From positions 4,962-68,961 of the forward strand of contig JAFRBD010000003.1 in the NCBI GenBank assembly GCA_017405065.1: a DNA stretch of 64,000 bases, written 5' to 3'. Positions 47,132 to 55,199 of this stretch are shown here, piece after piece. The notes beneath the pieces are model-generated. The model made no database searches and was not told the origin of the DNA. It worked only from the letters and a program-made list of their open reading frames with translations. A program made the position numbers and the translations under genes. How positions within the stretch are numbered: position 1 is the stretch's first letter; each line of letters starts with the position of its first letter. Source of the stretch: Ruminococcus sp. (GTDB taxonomy: Bacteria; Bacillota; Clostridia; Oscillospirales; Acutalibacteraceae).

Positions 47132-47982
47132 GCACGATCAAGGATGTGATGGAACGACACGGCTTTACCTTTTCCAAGGCGCTGGGACAGAACTTCCTGA
47201 TCAATCCGTCCGTGTGTCCGAGGATGGCAGAGGCTGCCGTCGGAGAAAAAAATCAGGATACGCCCTGCGGCGTGCTGGAGATCGGCCCCGGGATCGGCGT
47301 ACTGACAAAGGAACTGCTGCTGCGAGCGGAAAAGGTCGTCGCAGTGGAACTGGATCAGCGGCTCCTGCCCGTCCTCGATGAAACGCTCGGCGGATTTGAC
47401 AATCTGAAAGTGATCAACGCCGATGTGCTGGAGTTGGATCTGCATCAACTGATCGCCGAAGAATTCGAGGGGATGGAGGTCGTGGTATGCGCCAACCTGC
47501 CTTACTACATCACCTCCCCCGTAATCATGAAGCTGCTCGAGGACAGGCTGCCGATCCGCTCGATCACCGTCATGGTACAAAAGGAAGCGGCGGTGCGGCT
47601 GTGCGCCGAACCCGGTACGCGCGACAGCTCCGCGATCACCGTCGCGGTTCGCTATTACTGCGATCCGGAGCTGCTGTTCAAGGTATCGTCCGGCTCCTTT
47701 ATGCCCGCGCCGAAAGTCGAGTCCGCGGTCATTCAGCTGAAACTGCGCGAGCCCGCCGTACATCCGAAGAAGGAAGAAACCTTTTTCAAGGTGATCAAGG
47801 GCACTTTCTCACAGCGCAGAAAAACCGTGCTGAATTCACTTTCTTCGTCGCTTTCTCTTGACAAGAACGCTGTTCGTGATATACTGAAAGCAGCGCGAGT
47901 GGATGAAACCTCCCGTGCCGAGAGACTCACTCTTGAAGATTTCGCAAACATATCCGACGCCGTCGATGATTGGAGCAACTGA
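47110..47982 (+). CDS. rsmA: 16S rRNA m6,2A dimethyltransferase KsgA
   Basis: Motifs LGQNFL, EIGPGIG, ANLPYYIT and QRRKT; true start at MERLTD. Confidence 0.96.
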   Translation: MERLTDISTIKDVMERHGFTFSKALGQNFLINPSVCPRMAEAAVGEKNQDTPCGVLEIGPGIGVLTKELLLRAEKVVAVELDQRLLPVLDETLGGFDNLKVINADVLELDLHQLIAEEFEGMEVVVCANLPYYITSPVIMKLLEDRLPIRSITVMVQKEAAVRLCAEPGTRDSSAITVAVRYYCDPELLFKVSSGSFMPAPKVESAVIQLKLREPAVHPKKEETFFKVIKGTFSQRRKTVLNSLSSSLSLDKNAVRDILKAARVDETSRAERLTLEDFANISDAVDDWSN

Positions 47983-48197
47983 TGGAAAAGAAATATTTTA
48001 CCATACTGGTTATTTTGATTGGTTTATTGGCTGTCAGCATCCTGCTGATGGGTATTTCCCTTTTGCTGTCCGAAAGAGTTTTCGGTCAGGTGTCGAGCTA
48101 TATCGCGATCGCCTGCGTGGTCATCACGCTGGTCGGCGTGGTGCTGGTCATCCGAAGCAACCATAAGCATAAAGACGATGATGACGGCGAGGAATAA
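47982..48197 (+). CDS. Small two-TM hypothetical membrane protein
   Basis: Two hydrophobic helices and an acidic tail; start overlaps the rsmA stop (TGATG). Confidence 0.65.
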   Translation: MEKKYFTILVILIGLLAVSILLMGISLLLSERVFGQVSSYIAIACVVITLVGVVLVIRSNHKHKDDDDGEE

Positions 48198-48219
48198 AAA
48201 GATTCGACCCGTCTGTTCT

Positions 48220-48248
48220 GCACCGCTTTTCAGCGGTGCCTTTCTTTT
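48220..48248 (+). terminator. Intrinsic terminator
   Basis: GCACCGCT-tttc-AGCGGTGC followed by CTTTCTTTT. Confidence 0.75.
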
Positions 48249-48261
48249 ATACCCGAAAACT

Positions 48262-48279
48262 TTGTTAAAAAAATAACAA
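48262..48279. promoter_or_regulatory. Rex (NADH/NAD+ sensor) operator upstream of adhE
   Basis: TTGTTAA-AAAA-ATAACAA, one mismatch to the clostridial TTGTTAA-N4-TTAACAA. Confidence 0.75.
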
Positions 48280-48460
48280 TATGTCTATAAACATCAAAAA
48301 TCCTATCTTTTCTTTGTTGCTTATGCAAATTGAAACCCACTATGGCATATGCTATACTTAATGTAATGATTGCCATGGCAACCCTCCGCCCTTCGGGCAC
48401 CTCCCTTAGGAAAGGGAGGCTTGATTATGGTAATGACAATTGAAAAAAGGAGGAATTCCT

Positions 48461-51085
48461 ATGGATAATGAAAAGTATTTGGTAGACAGCGTAGAAGCGC
48501 TGGAACGCAAGATCGGCGACGTGCGCAAAGCGCAGGAGCAGTTCAGTACCTTTACGCAGGAGCAGGTCGACGCGATCTTCAAGGCGGCGGCTTTAGCGGC
48601 GAACAAGGCGAGATTGACGCTTGCTAAGGACGCGGTCGCCGAGACCGGCATGGGCATCGTAGAGGACAAGGTCATCAAGAACAACTATGCCGCGGAATAC
48701 ATCTACAATGCCTATAAGGACACCGTGACCTGCGGCGTTGTGGAAGAAGACAAAGCGGCGGGAATCGTGCGGATCGCGGAGCCCATCGGCGTCGTCGCGG
48801 CGGTCATCCCGACCACCAATCCGACCTCGACCGCGATCTTCAAATGCCTGATCTCCCTAAAAACACGCAACGGCATCATCATCTCGCCCCACCCGCGCGC
48901 CAAGAAAAGTACCATCGACGCGGCGAAGATCGTCCTTGACGCCGCCGTAAAGGCGGGCGCTCCCGAGGACATCATCGCGTGGATCGACGTGCCCTCGCTC
49001 GACATGACCAACACCCTGATGAAGGAAGCCGACATCATCCTCGCGACCGGCGGCCCCGGCATGGTCAAGGCGGCGTACAGCTCCGGTAAACCGGCGCTCG
49101 GCGTAGGCGCCGGCAATACGCCCGCCATCATCGACGAAAGCGCGGATATCGTGCTTGCCGTCAACTCCATCATCCACTCTAAGACCTTTGATAACGGTAT
49201 GATCTGCGCCTCTGAGCAGAGCGTGCATGTGCCGTCCTCCATCTACGACAAGGTCAGGAACGAATTCAAATACCGCGGATGCTACTTCCTCAAGCCCGAC
49301 GAGCTGGACAAGGTCCGCAAAACCATTATCATCAACGGCTCCTTAAACGCAAAGATCGTCGGTCAGAGTGCCTACAAGATCGCCAAGCTCAGCGGCGTAG
49401 ACGTTCCCGAAAGCGCCAAGGTTCTGATCGGCGAGGTACAGAGCGTCGACCTGAGCGAGGAATTCGCTCACGAAAAGCTCTCCCCCGTTCTGGCGATGTA
49501 CAAATATGACACGATCGAAGAGGCGTTCAGCAACGCCGAACAGCTGATCGCGGACGGCGGCTACGGTCACACCTCCTCCATCTATATCAACGAGCTGACC
49601 CGCAAGGATGTGCTGGACGAATTTATGGAGCGTATGAAAACCTGCCGCATCGTGGTCAACACCCCCTCCTCGCACGGCGGCATCGGCGACATTTACAACT
49701 TCCGTCTCGCTCCCTCGCTGACCCTGGGATGCGGTTCATGGGGCGGCAACTCGATCCACGAAAATGTCGGCGTCAAGCACCTGCTGAACATCAAAACCGT
49801 AGCCAAGAGGAGGAACAATATGCTTTGGTTCAGAGCGCCTGAGAAGGTCTATATGAAACAAGGCTGTCTGAGCGTCGCTCTCGACGAGCTCGGCAGCATC
49901 ATGAATAAAAAGAAAGCCTTTATCGTCACCGACAGCTTCCTGTATGCAAACGGCTACACCAAGCCGATCGAGCAGAAGCTCGACGAGATGGGCATTATGC
50001 ACACCACCTTCAGCGAGGTCGCTCCCGATCCGACGCTGGGCTGCGCAAAGATGGGCGCAAAGATGATGGAGAGCTTCAAGCCCGACGTCATCATCGCGGT
50101 CGGCGGCGGATCTCCGATGGACGCAGCAAAGATCATGTGGGTGCTGTACGAGCATCCCGAGGTCGACTTTGAGGACATGGCGATGCGCTTCATGGATATT
50201 CGCAAGCGCGTCTACACCTTCCCGCACATGGGCGACAAGGCGTATTTCATCGCCATCCCCACCTCCGCGGGCACCGGCAGCGAGGTAACGCCGTTTGCGG
50301 TCATCACCGATGAGGAAAGCGGCATCAAGTATCCGCTGGCGGATTATGAGCTGCTGCCCGACATGGCGATCGTGGACGCGGACATGATGATGAACGCGCC
50401 CAAGGGTCTGACCTCTGCCTCCGGTATCGACGCGGTATCGCACGCACTCGAGGCATATGCCTCCATCATGGCGACCGACTACACCGACGGTTTAGCGCTG
50501 CAGGCGCTGAAAGTCCTGTTCGAATACCTGCCCAAGGCGTATGAGAGCGCCGTGACCGGCGTTCCGAATAAAGAAGCCAGAGAGAAGATGGCGAACGCCG
50601 CTACCATGGCTGGCATGGCGTTTGCAAACGCCTTCCTCGGCGTGATGCACTCTATGGCGCACAAGCTCGGCGCGTTCCATCACATCCCCCACGGCGTAGC
50701 GAACGCCCTGATGATGAACGAGGTGCTGATGTTCAACGCCAAAGAAGCACCCACCAAGATGGGCACCTTCTCGCAGTACGATCATCCGCATACCCTGCGC
50801 AGATACGCAGAGGTCGCAGAAGCCTTAGGCGTACAAGGCGCGGACGACAGCGAGAAGCTGAACGGCTTGCTGGACAAGATCACCGCTCTCAAGACGGAGA
50901 TCGGCATTATGCCGACCATCCGCGACTATGTACCGGATGAAGAAAAGTTCCTCGCCACTCTCGACGAGATGAGCGAGCAGGCGTTCGACGATCAATGCAC
51001 CGGCGCAAACCCGCGCTACCCGCTGATCGCGGAGATCAAGCAGATGTATCTCAACGCCTACTACGGCGAGCATAAAGACATTTAA
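48461..51085 (+). CDS. adhE: Bifunctional acetaldehyde-CoA/alcohol dehydrogenase
   Basis: Motifs PTTNPTST, ICASEQ, linker GCGSWGGNS, GGGSPMD and HSMAH...HG. Confidence 0.98.
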   Translation: MDNEKYLVDSVEALERKIGDVRKAQEQFSTFTQEQVDAIFKAAALAANKARLTLAKDAVAETGMGIVEDKVIKNNYAAEYIYNAYKDTVTCGVVEEDKAAGIVRIAEPIGVVAAVIPTTNPTSTAIFKCLISLKTRNGIIISPHPRAKKSTIDAAKIVLDAAVKAGAPEDIIAWIDVPSLDMTNTLMKEADIILATGGPGMVKAAYSSGKPALGVGAGNTPAIIDESADIVLAVNSIIHSKTFDNGMICASEQSVHVPSSIYDKVRNEFKYRGCYFLKPDELDKVRKTIIINGSLNAKIVGQSAYKIAKLSGVDVPESAKVLIGEVQSVDLSEEFAHEKLSPVLAMYKYDTIEEAFSNAEQLIADGGYGHTSSIYINELTRKDVLDEFMERMKTCRIVVNTPSSHGGIGDIYNFRLAPSLTLGCGSWGGNSIHENVGVKHLLNIKTVAKRRNNMLWFRAPEKVYMKQGCLSVALDELGSIMNKKKAFIVTDSFLYANGYTKPIEQKLDEMGIMHTTFSEVAPDPTLGCAKMGAKMMESFKPDVIIAVGGGSPMDAAKIMWVLYEHPEVDFEDMAMRFMDIRKRVYTFPHMGDKAYFIAIPTSAGTGSEVTPFAVITDEESGIKYPLADYELLPDMAIVDADMMMNAPKGLTSASGIDAVSHALEAYASIMATDYTDGLALQALKVLFEYLPKAYESAVTGVPNKEAREKMANAATMAGMAFANAFLGVMHSMAHKLGAFHHIPHGVANALMMNEVLMFNAKEAPTKMGTFSQYDHPHTLRRYAEVAEALGVQGADDSEKLNGLLDKITALKTEIGIMPTIRDYVPDEEKFLATLDEMSEQAFDDQCTGANPRYPLIAEIKQMYLNAYYGEHKDI

Positions 51086-51096
51086 GGAGGTTCACC

Positions 51097-51852
51097 ATGA
51101 GCAACCTGAATTATGAGATTTTAGCGCAGAGAAGCAACAAGGTCATCTACAAGGACGGCGACACCGTCCTCAAGGTATTCGACAGCGATTTCAGCAAGTC
51201 CGAGATCCTGAACGAAGCGCTGAATCAGGCGCGCATCGAGGAAACGGGGCTGAATGTTCCGAAGCTCCTTGAAGTCAGTATCATCGACGGCAAATGGGCG
51301 ATCCGCACCGAATATGTGCCCGGCAAAACGCTCGCCCGACTGATGGCGGAAAACCCCGACAAGCTCGACGAGTATCTCGATCGGTTCGTCGATATTCAGA
51401 AAGAGATCTTCAGCAAAGAGGCTCCCCTGCTGAACAAGATCAAGGATAAATTCAACCGCAAGATCAGCCAGAGCCGCTTTGACGCGACCACCCGTTATGA
51501 GCTGCACACCCGCCTTGACAGCATGAAGGATCACAAGAAGATCTGTCACGGTGATTTCACCCCGTCCAATATCATCATCACTCCCGGCGGCGACTATTAT
51601 ATCCTCGACTGGTCGCACGTGACACAGGGCAACGCCGCCGCCGACGCAGCGCGCACCTATATGCTGTTCTGCCTGAAGGGCATGAATGAAATCGCGGAAA
51701 AGTATCTCGATCTTTTCTGCAAAAAGACCGATACCGCGAAGCAGTACGTCCAGCGCTGGATGCCCATTGTCGCCTGTACCCAGAGCGTCAAGGGCAAGGA
51801 GGAGGAGCAGGAGTTCCTCGAGCGCTGGGTCAACGTGGTGGAATACGAATAA
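51097..51852 (+). CDS. APH/choline-kinase-like phosphotransferase
   Basis: Motifs VLK, HGDFTPSN and LDW; 11 nt after the adhE stop, with a strong RBS. Confidence 0.85.
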   Translation: MSNLNYEILAQRSNKVIYKDGDTVLKVFDSDFSKSEILNEALNQARIEETGLNVPKLLEVSIIDGKWAIRTEYVPGKTLARLMAENPDKLDEYLDRFVDIQKEIFSKEAPLLNKIKDKFNRKISQSRFDATTRYELHTRLDSMKDHKKICHGDFTPSNIIITPGGDYYILDWSHVTQGNAAADAARTYMLFCLKGMNEIAEKYLDLFCKKTDTAKQYVQRWMPIVACTQSVKGKEEEQEFLERWVNVVEYE

Positions 51853-52002
51853 TGGTTAACGGATAACGGATAATGGATAACGGTTATGGGAAAATCCTTG
51901 CGGATTTTTAGATTTATATGAATCAGGTGAGGGCGAAGCCCTCCGTCAATTCCTAACTCCTAATTCCTAACTCCTAATTCCTAACTCCTAATTCCTAACT
52001 CT
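51851..52002 (-). repeat. Family A element, copy 11 (minimal core, non-matching arms GGATAAC / AACTCCT)
   Basis: GGGAAAA-TCCTTGCGGA-TTTTTAGAT...ATCAGGT-GAGGGCGAAGCCCTC. Confidence 0.85.
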
Positions 52003-52040
52003 ATTATCTCACGCTTTTGATCGGAAAGGAGCTTGAAAAA

Positions 52041-52433
52041 ATGCCCCAACCTTCCCCCGGGATCACCAACGAAAAATCCGTCGCCGTCATGATGGAAAAC
52101 ACCGCGCTCGCGATGGGCAGCGGTACGCTGCGGGTCTTTGCCACTCCCGCGATGATCGCCCTGTGTGAGGGCTGCTGTGCCGAATCTGTCGAGGATCTGC
52201 TCGACGAGGGCATGACCTCCGTCGGCGTCAAGGTCGATATCGAACACCTCGCCGCCTCGCCGTTGGGCGCGTCCATCCTGTGCAAAAGCAGGCTGGTCGC
52301 CGTCGACGGCAGAAAGCTCGACTTCGAGGTCGAGATCTACGATAACGTCGACCTGATCGGCAAAGGCAGACATACGCGCTTTATCGTGGACGCGGAGAGA
52401 TTCGTGACGAAAACCTACGCAAAACTGCAATAA
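52041..52433 (+). CDS. Hot-dog fold thioesterase (FlK-like)
   Basis: Motifs VFATPAMIALCE, TSVG, HLAASP and GRHTRFIV. Confidence 0.88.
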   Translation: MPQPSPGITNEKSVAVMMENTALAMGSGTLRVFATPAMIALCEGCCAESVEDLLDEGMTSVGVKVDIEHLAASPLGASILCKSRLVAVDGRKLDFEVEIYDNVDLIGKGRHTRFIVDAERFVTKTYAKLQ

Positions 52434-52447
52434 GCATATCACAAACA

Positions 52448-52478
52448 ACCGCCTGCGGAATTCCGCAGGCGGTCTTTT
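52448..52478. terminator. Bidirectional terminator between the thioesterase gene and prsW
   Basis: Perfect palindrome ACCGCCTGCGGAATTCCGCAGGCGGT followed by a T tract. Confidence 0.85.
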
Positions 52479-52488
52479 GATGCCGTAT

Positions 52489-53691
52489 TCAATTTGTTCC
52501 GTTGTTTGATGGATCGACCTGATTTGGATTCTGTACGCGCTGCACGTAAGGCTGATGATTCTGAACGGGCTGCGCATAGGGAGGTTGACCGGTTTGCACG
52601 GGCTGTGCAAAGGGAGGCTGAGTTCCCCGCGTCGGCTGTGCAAAAGGTTGAGTTGGCTGCGCAGGCTGTGCATAGGGCTGAACAGGCTGCACGGGCTGTG
52701 CAAAGGGAGGCTGAGTTCCCTGCGTCGGCTGTGTAAAAGGCTGGGTTGGCTGTACCGGCTGTGCAAAAGGCTGAACAGGCTGCACGGGCTGTGCGTACGA
52801 AACAGGCTGAGGATAATAGAAATACTGCGCGTATTCAGGTATCGTACTGACGTAAGCGGTCGCCTGGGGATACTTTTTCAGCACCATATCCATACTCAGA
52901 TAGCTGTTTCGTGAATCCTTTTTGGACAGCTTTGACACATTGCGGAAGCAGATAAAATACAAAAGTCCGAGGAAGAGGACGAAGAGGACGATATAGACCC
53001 AGCTATCCATAAACGCGCAGAAATCATAGAAGCCGTGACCGATCACAGGCGCAAAGAGACTAAGAGCCAGCAAACCGCCGGACGGAAAGCCCGGTGCGCC
53101 CGCAGGAATGATCCCGTTCTGACGCAAGTGCCGCTCAAGTTGTCCCGCTTGATGCGTAAGGAACCACTTACTGTAGAAATAGCCCATAATAACGCCGAAG
53201 AAACAATGGGCGGGAACCGCGGTCACCATGCGCATAAGCGCGTTTCCGACGCCGTTCTGGAACACATAAATGATATTCTCAGCGGCGGCGAATCCCAAAG
53301 ATACGAATACGGAATAGACAACGCCGTCAAACAGGCAGTTGAAGTTCTTGTTCTTATGGGTCAGGATGAACATAAAGAAGAATTTGCAGCCTTCTTCCAC
53401 CAAAGCGACAACAACAAAAGCGTAAATCAGATTGTAGAAAAACTTCGTGACTTCGGAATAAAAGTAAGGATCGCCGGCAGAAAAAACGCCGAAGAAGACC
53501 GCGTTCAGACATGAATGAAGCAGTAATTCCAGTATAATCGCGGGAACAACAGATCCTACGCCGAGAAAAAACAGTCCGACCAGAAGACCTGCCGGTTCTT
53601 TTTCAACACGGTCCATCTTATAGACATAAAACATCAATCCCGCAGCGGGAATCAACGCCAAAGCCGTTAAAATGATCGTACTGATACTCAT
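52489..53691 (-). CDS. prsW: PrsW-family intramembrane glutamic protease with a Pro/Gln-rich C-terminal tail
   Basis: Motifs VEEGCK, GFAAAEN, PAH and HGFYD. Confidence 0.9.
   Translation of the reverse strand: MSISTIILTALALIPAAGLMFYVYKMDRVEKEPAGLLVGLFFLGVGSVVPAIILELLLHSCLNAVFFGVFSAGDPYFYSEVTKFFYNLIYAFVVVALVEEGCKFFFMFILTHKNKNFNCLFDGVVYSVFVSLGFAAAENIIYVFQNGVGNALMRMVTAVPAHCFFGVIMGYFYSKWFLTHQAGQLERHLRQNGIIPAGAPGFPSGGLLALSLFAPVIGHGFYDFCAFMDSWVYIVLFVLFLGLLYFICFRNVSKLSKKDSRNSYLSMDMVLKKYPQATAYVSTIPEYAQYFYYPQPVSYAQPVQPVQPFAQPVQPTQPFTQPTQGTQPPFAQPVQPVQPYAQPAQPTQPFAQPTRGTQPPFAQPVQTGQPPYAQPVQNHQPYVQRVQNPNQVDPSNNGTN
52595..52795 (-). repeat. 93-nt coding tandem duplication (31-aa Pro/Gln repeat) in prsW
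   Basis: TGCACGGGCTGTGCAAAGGGAGGCTGAGTTCCC occurs at 52595 and 52688. Confidence 0.85.
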
Positions 53692-53786
53692 TTGGTTTCC
53701 CCCTTTTGATACAAATAATACGTATAATCAGTATGATGATACAGCCCCGAACGCGCTTGTTCGGGGCTTTGCAATACAAAGAACAA

Positions 53787-55199
53787 TTAACCGATCAATT
53801 CTTTCAGCTTTGCGAGAACAGTCGGCGCGTCGGCGCGTCCGCGGCTCTGCTTCATGACATTGCCGAGTACCGCCATCAGCGCTTTTTCTTTCCCGTTTTT
53901 GAAATCGGCAACAGCCGCCGGCATCGCTTGTATGGCTTTCATACACATTTCTGTGAGCGTCGCGTCGTCAAGCCCCGCCATATCCGCTTCGCTGACAAAG
54001 TCGGTCACGGGCTTTCCGGTATCGAGCATCTTTTCCAGCGCCGATTTGGCAAGATTGTTCTTGAGCTTGCCGCTTTCAAGCAGTCTGCACAGTTCGTTGA
54101 GCTGTTCGGGTGTGATCTTGATATCCAGCGCTTCTTTATCCGCTTCTGTTTCCAGACGGCGGAAGATCTGACCGATGATGAAGTTGGACGCTGTCTTGGG
54201 GGATTTCAGCCCCTCGCATGCCTTGTCAAAGAATTCGGAGATACTGCGATACTTGGTCAGCTGAGCGGCGTCCTTTTCGGGAATACCGTACTCTTCGGTA
54301 TAGCGCGCGTACTTCTGATCGGGCAGCTCCGGCAGACGGGAGCGAAGCTCTTCTATCTTCTCTTTCGGTGTGTTGATCGTCACGAGATCGGGCTCGCGGA
54401 AATAACGGTAGTCGTGCGCGTCCTCCTTGCTTCTCATAGAAGACGTCGTGCCGGTCGCATCGTCATAGCGCAGGGTCTCCTGTACCACTTCGCCGCCGCT
54501 TTCGATCAGGTCGACCTGACGCTCGTATTCATATTCCATCGCCTTTGCGATATTGGTGATGGAGTTCATGTTCTTGATCTCGGTACGGGTGCCGAGCTTC
54601 TCGCTGCCCTCGGGACGGACGGAGATATTCACGTCGCAGCGCATGGAACCCTCCTGCATGCGGCAGTCGGAGATGCCGATATAGCGCATGGTCTGCTGGA
54701 GCTTTTCGACATACTCCTTGGCTTCGTCGATAGAGCGGAAATCGGGTTCGGTAACGATCTCGATCAGCGGAACGCCGCCGCGGTTATAGTCGACGTAGGT
54801 ATCGCCGTGGTTGTGGATCAGCTTGCCCGCGTCCTCCTCGATATGGATGCGCAGGATGCGGATTTTTCTGCCGTTGGAGAGCTGAATATAACCATGCTCG
54901 CACAGCGGCTTGTCGTACTGGCTGATCTGATACGCCTTCGGCAGATCGGGATAGCAATAGTTCTTTCTGTCCATCTTGGCGATCTCGGCGATCTCACAAT
55001 TGGTCGCGAGACCCGCCATGATCGCGTATTCCACCACGCGCTCGTTGAGCTTGGGGAGCGTACCGGGCAAGCCGATGCAAACGGGACAGCAGTGGGTATT
55101 GGGGTCGCCGCCGAATTTGGTGGTGCAGGAGCAGAAGATCTTGGTTTTGGTCTGTAATTCTACGTGGGTCTCAAAGCCCGCGACTAATTCGTATTTCAC
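53787..55199 (-). CDS. gatB: Asp/Glu-tRNA amidotransferase subunit B
   Basis: Motifs GFETHVEL, YPDLPKAYQISQ and DYRYFREPDL; GTG start overlaps the gatA stop. Confidence 0.97.
   Translation of the reverse strand: MKYELVAGFETHVELQTKTKIFCSCTTKFGGDPNTHCCPVCIGLPGTLPKLNERVVEYAIMAGLATNCEIAEIAKMDRKNYCYPDLPKAYQISQYDKPLCEHGYIQLSNGRKIRILRIHIEEDAGKLIHNHGDTYVDYNRGGVPLIEIVTEPDFRSIDEAKEYVEKLQQTMRYIGISDCRMQEGSMRCDVNISVRPEGSEKLGTRTEIKNMNSITNIAKAMEYEYERQVDLIESGGEVVQETLRYDDATGTTSSMRSKEDAHDYRYFREPDLVTINTPKEKIEELRSRLPELPDQKYARYTEEYGIPEKDAAQLTKYRSISEFFDKACEGLKSPKTASNFIIGQIFRRLETEADKEALDIKITPEQLNELCRLLESGKLKNNLAKSALEKMLDTGKPVTDFVSEADMAGLDDATLTEMCMKAIQAMPAAVADFKNGKEKALMAVLGNVMKQSRGRADAPTVLAKLKELIG

Noticed and set aside
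51097-51852. Aminoglycoside resistance gene
   Set aside because: Only the generic APH/kinase fold motifs are present; it has host-like composition, sits in an operon with adhE, and has no mobile context.
8803-52002. Heptamer arrays and family A copies as a CRISPR array
   Set aside because: There is no regular alternation of 23-47 nt repeats with spacers, the copies are dispersed, and no cas genes are present.
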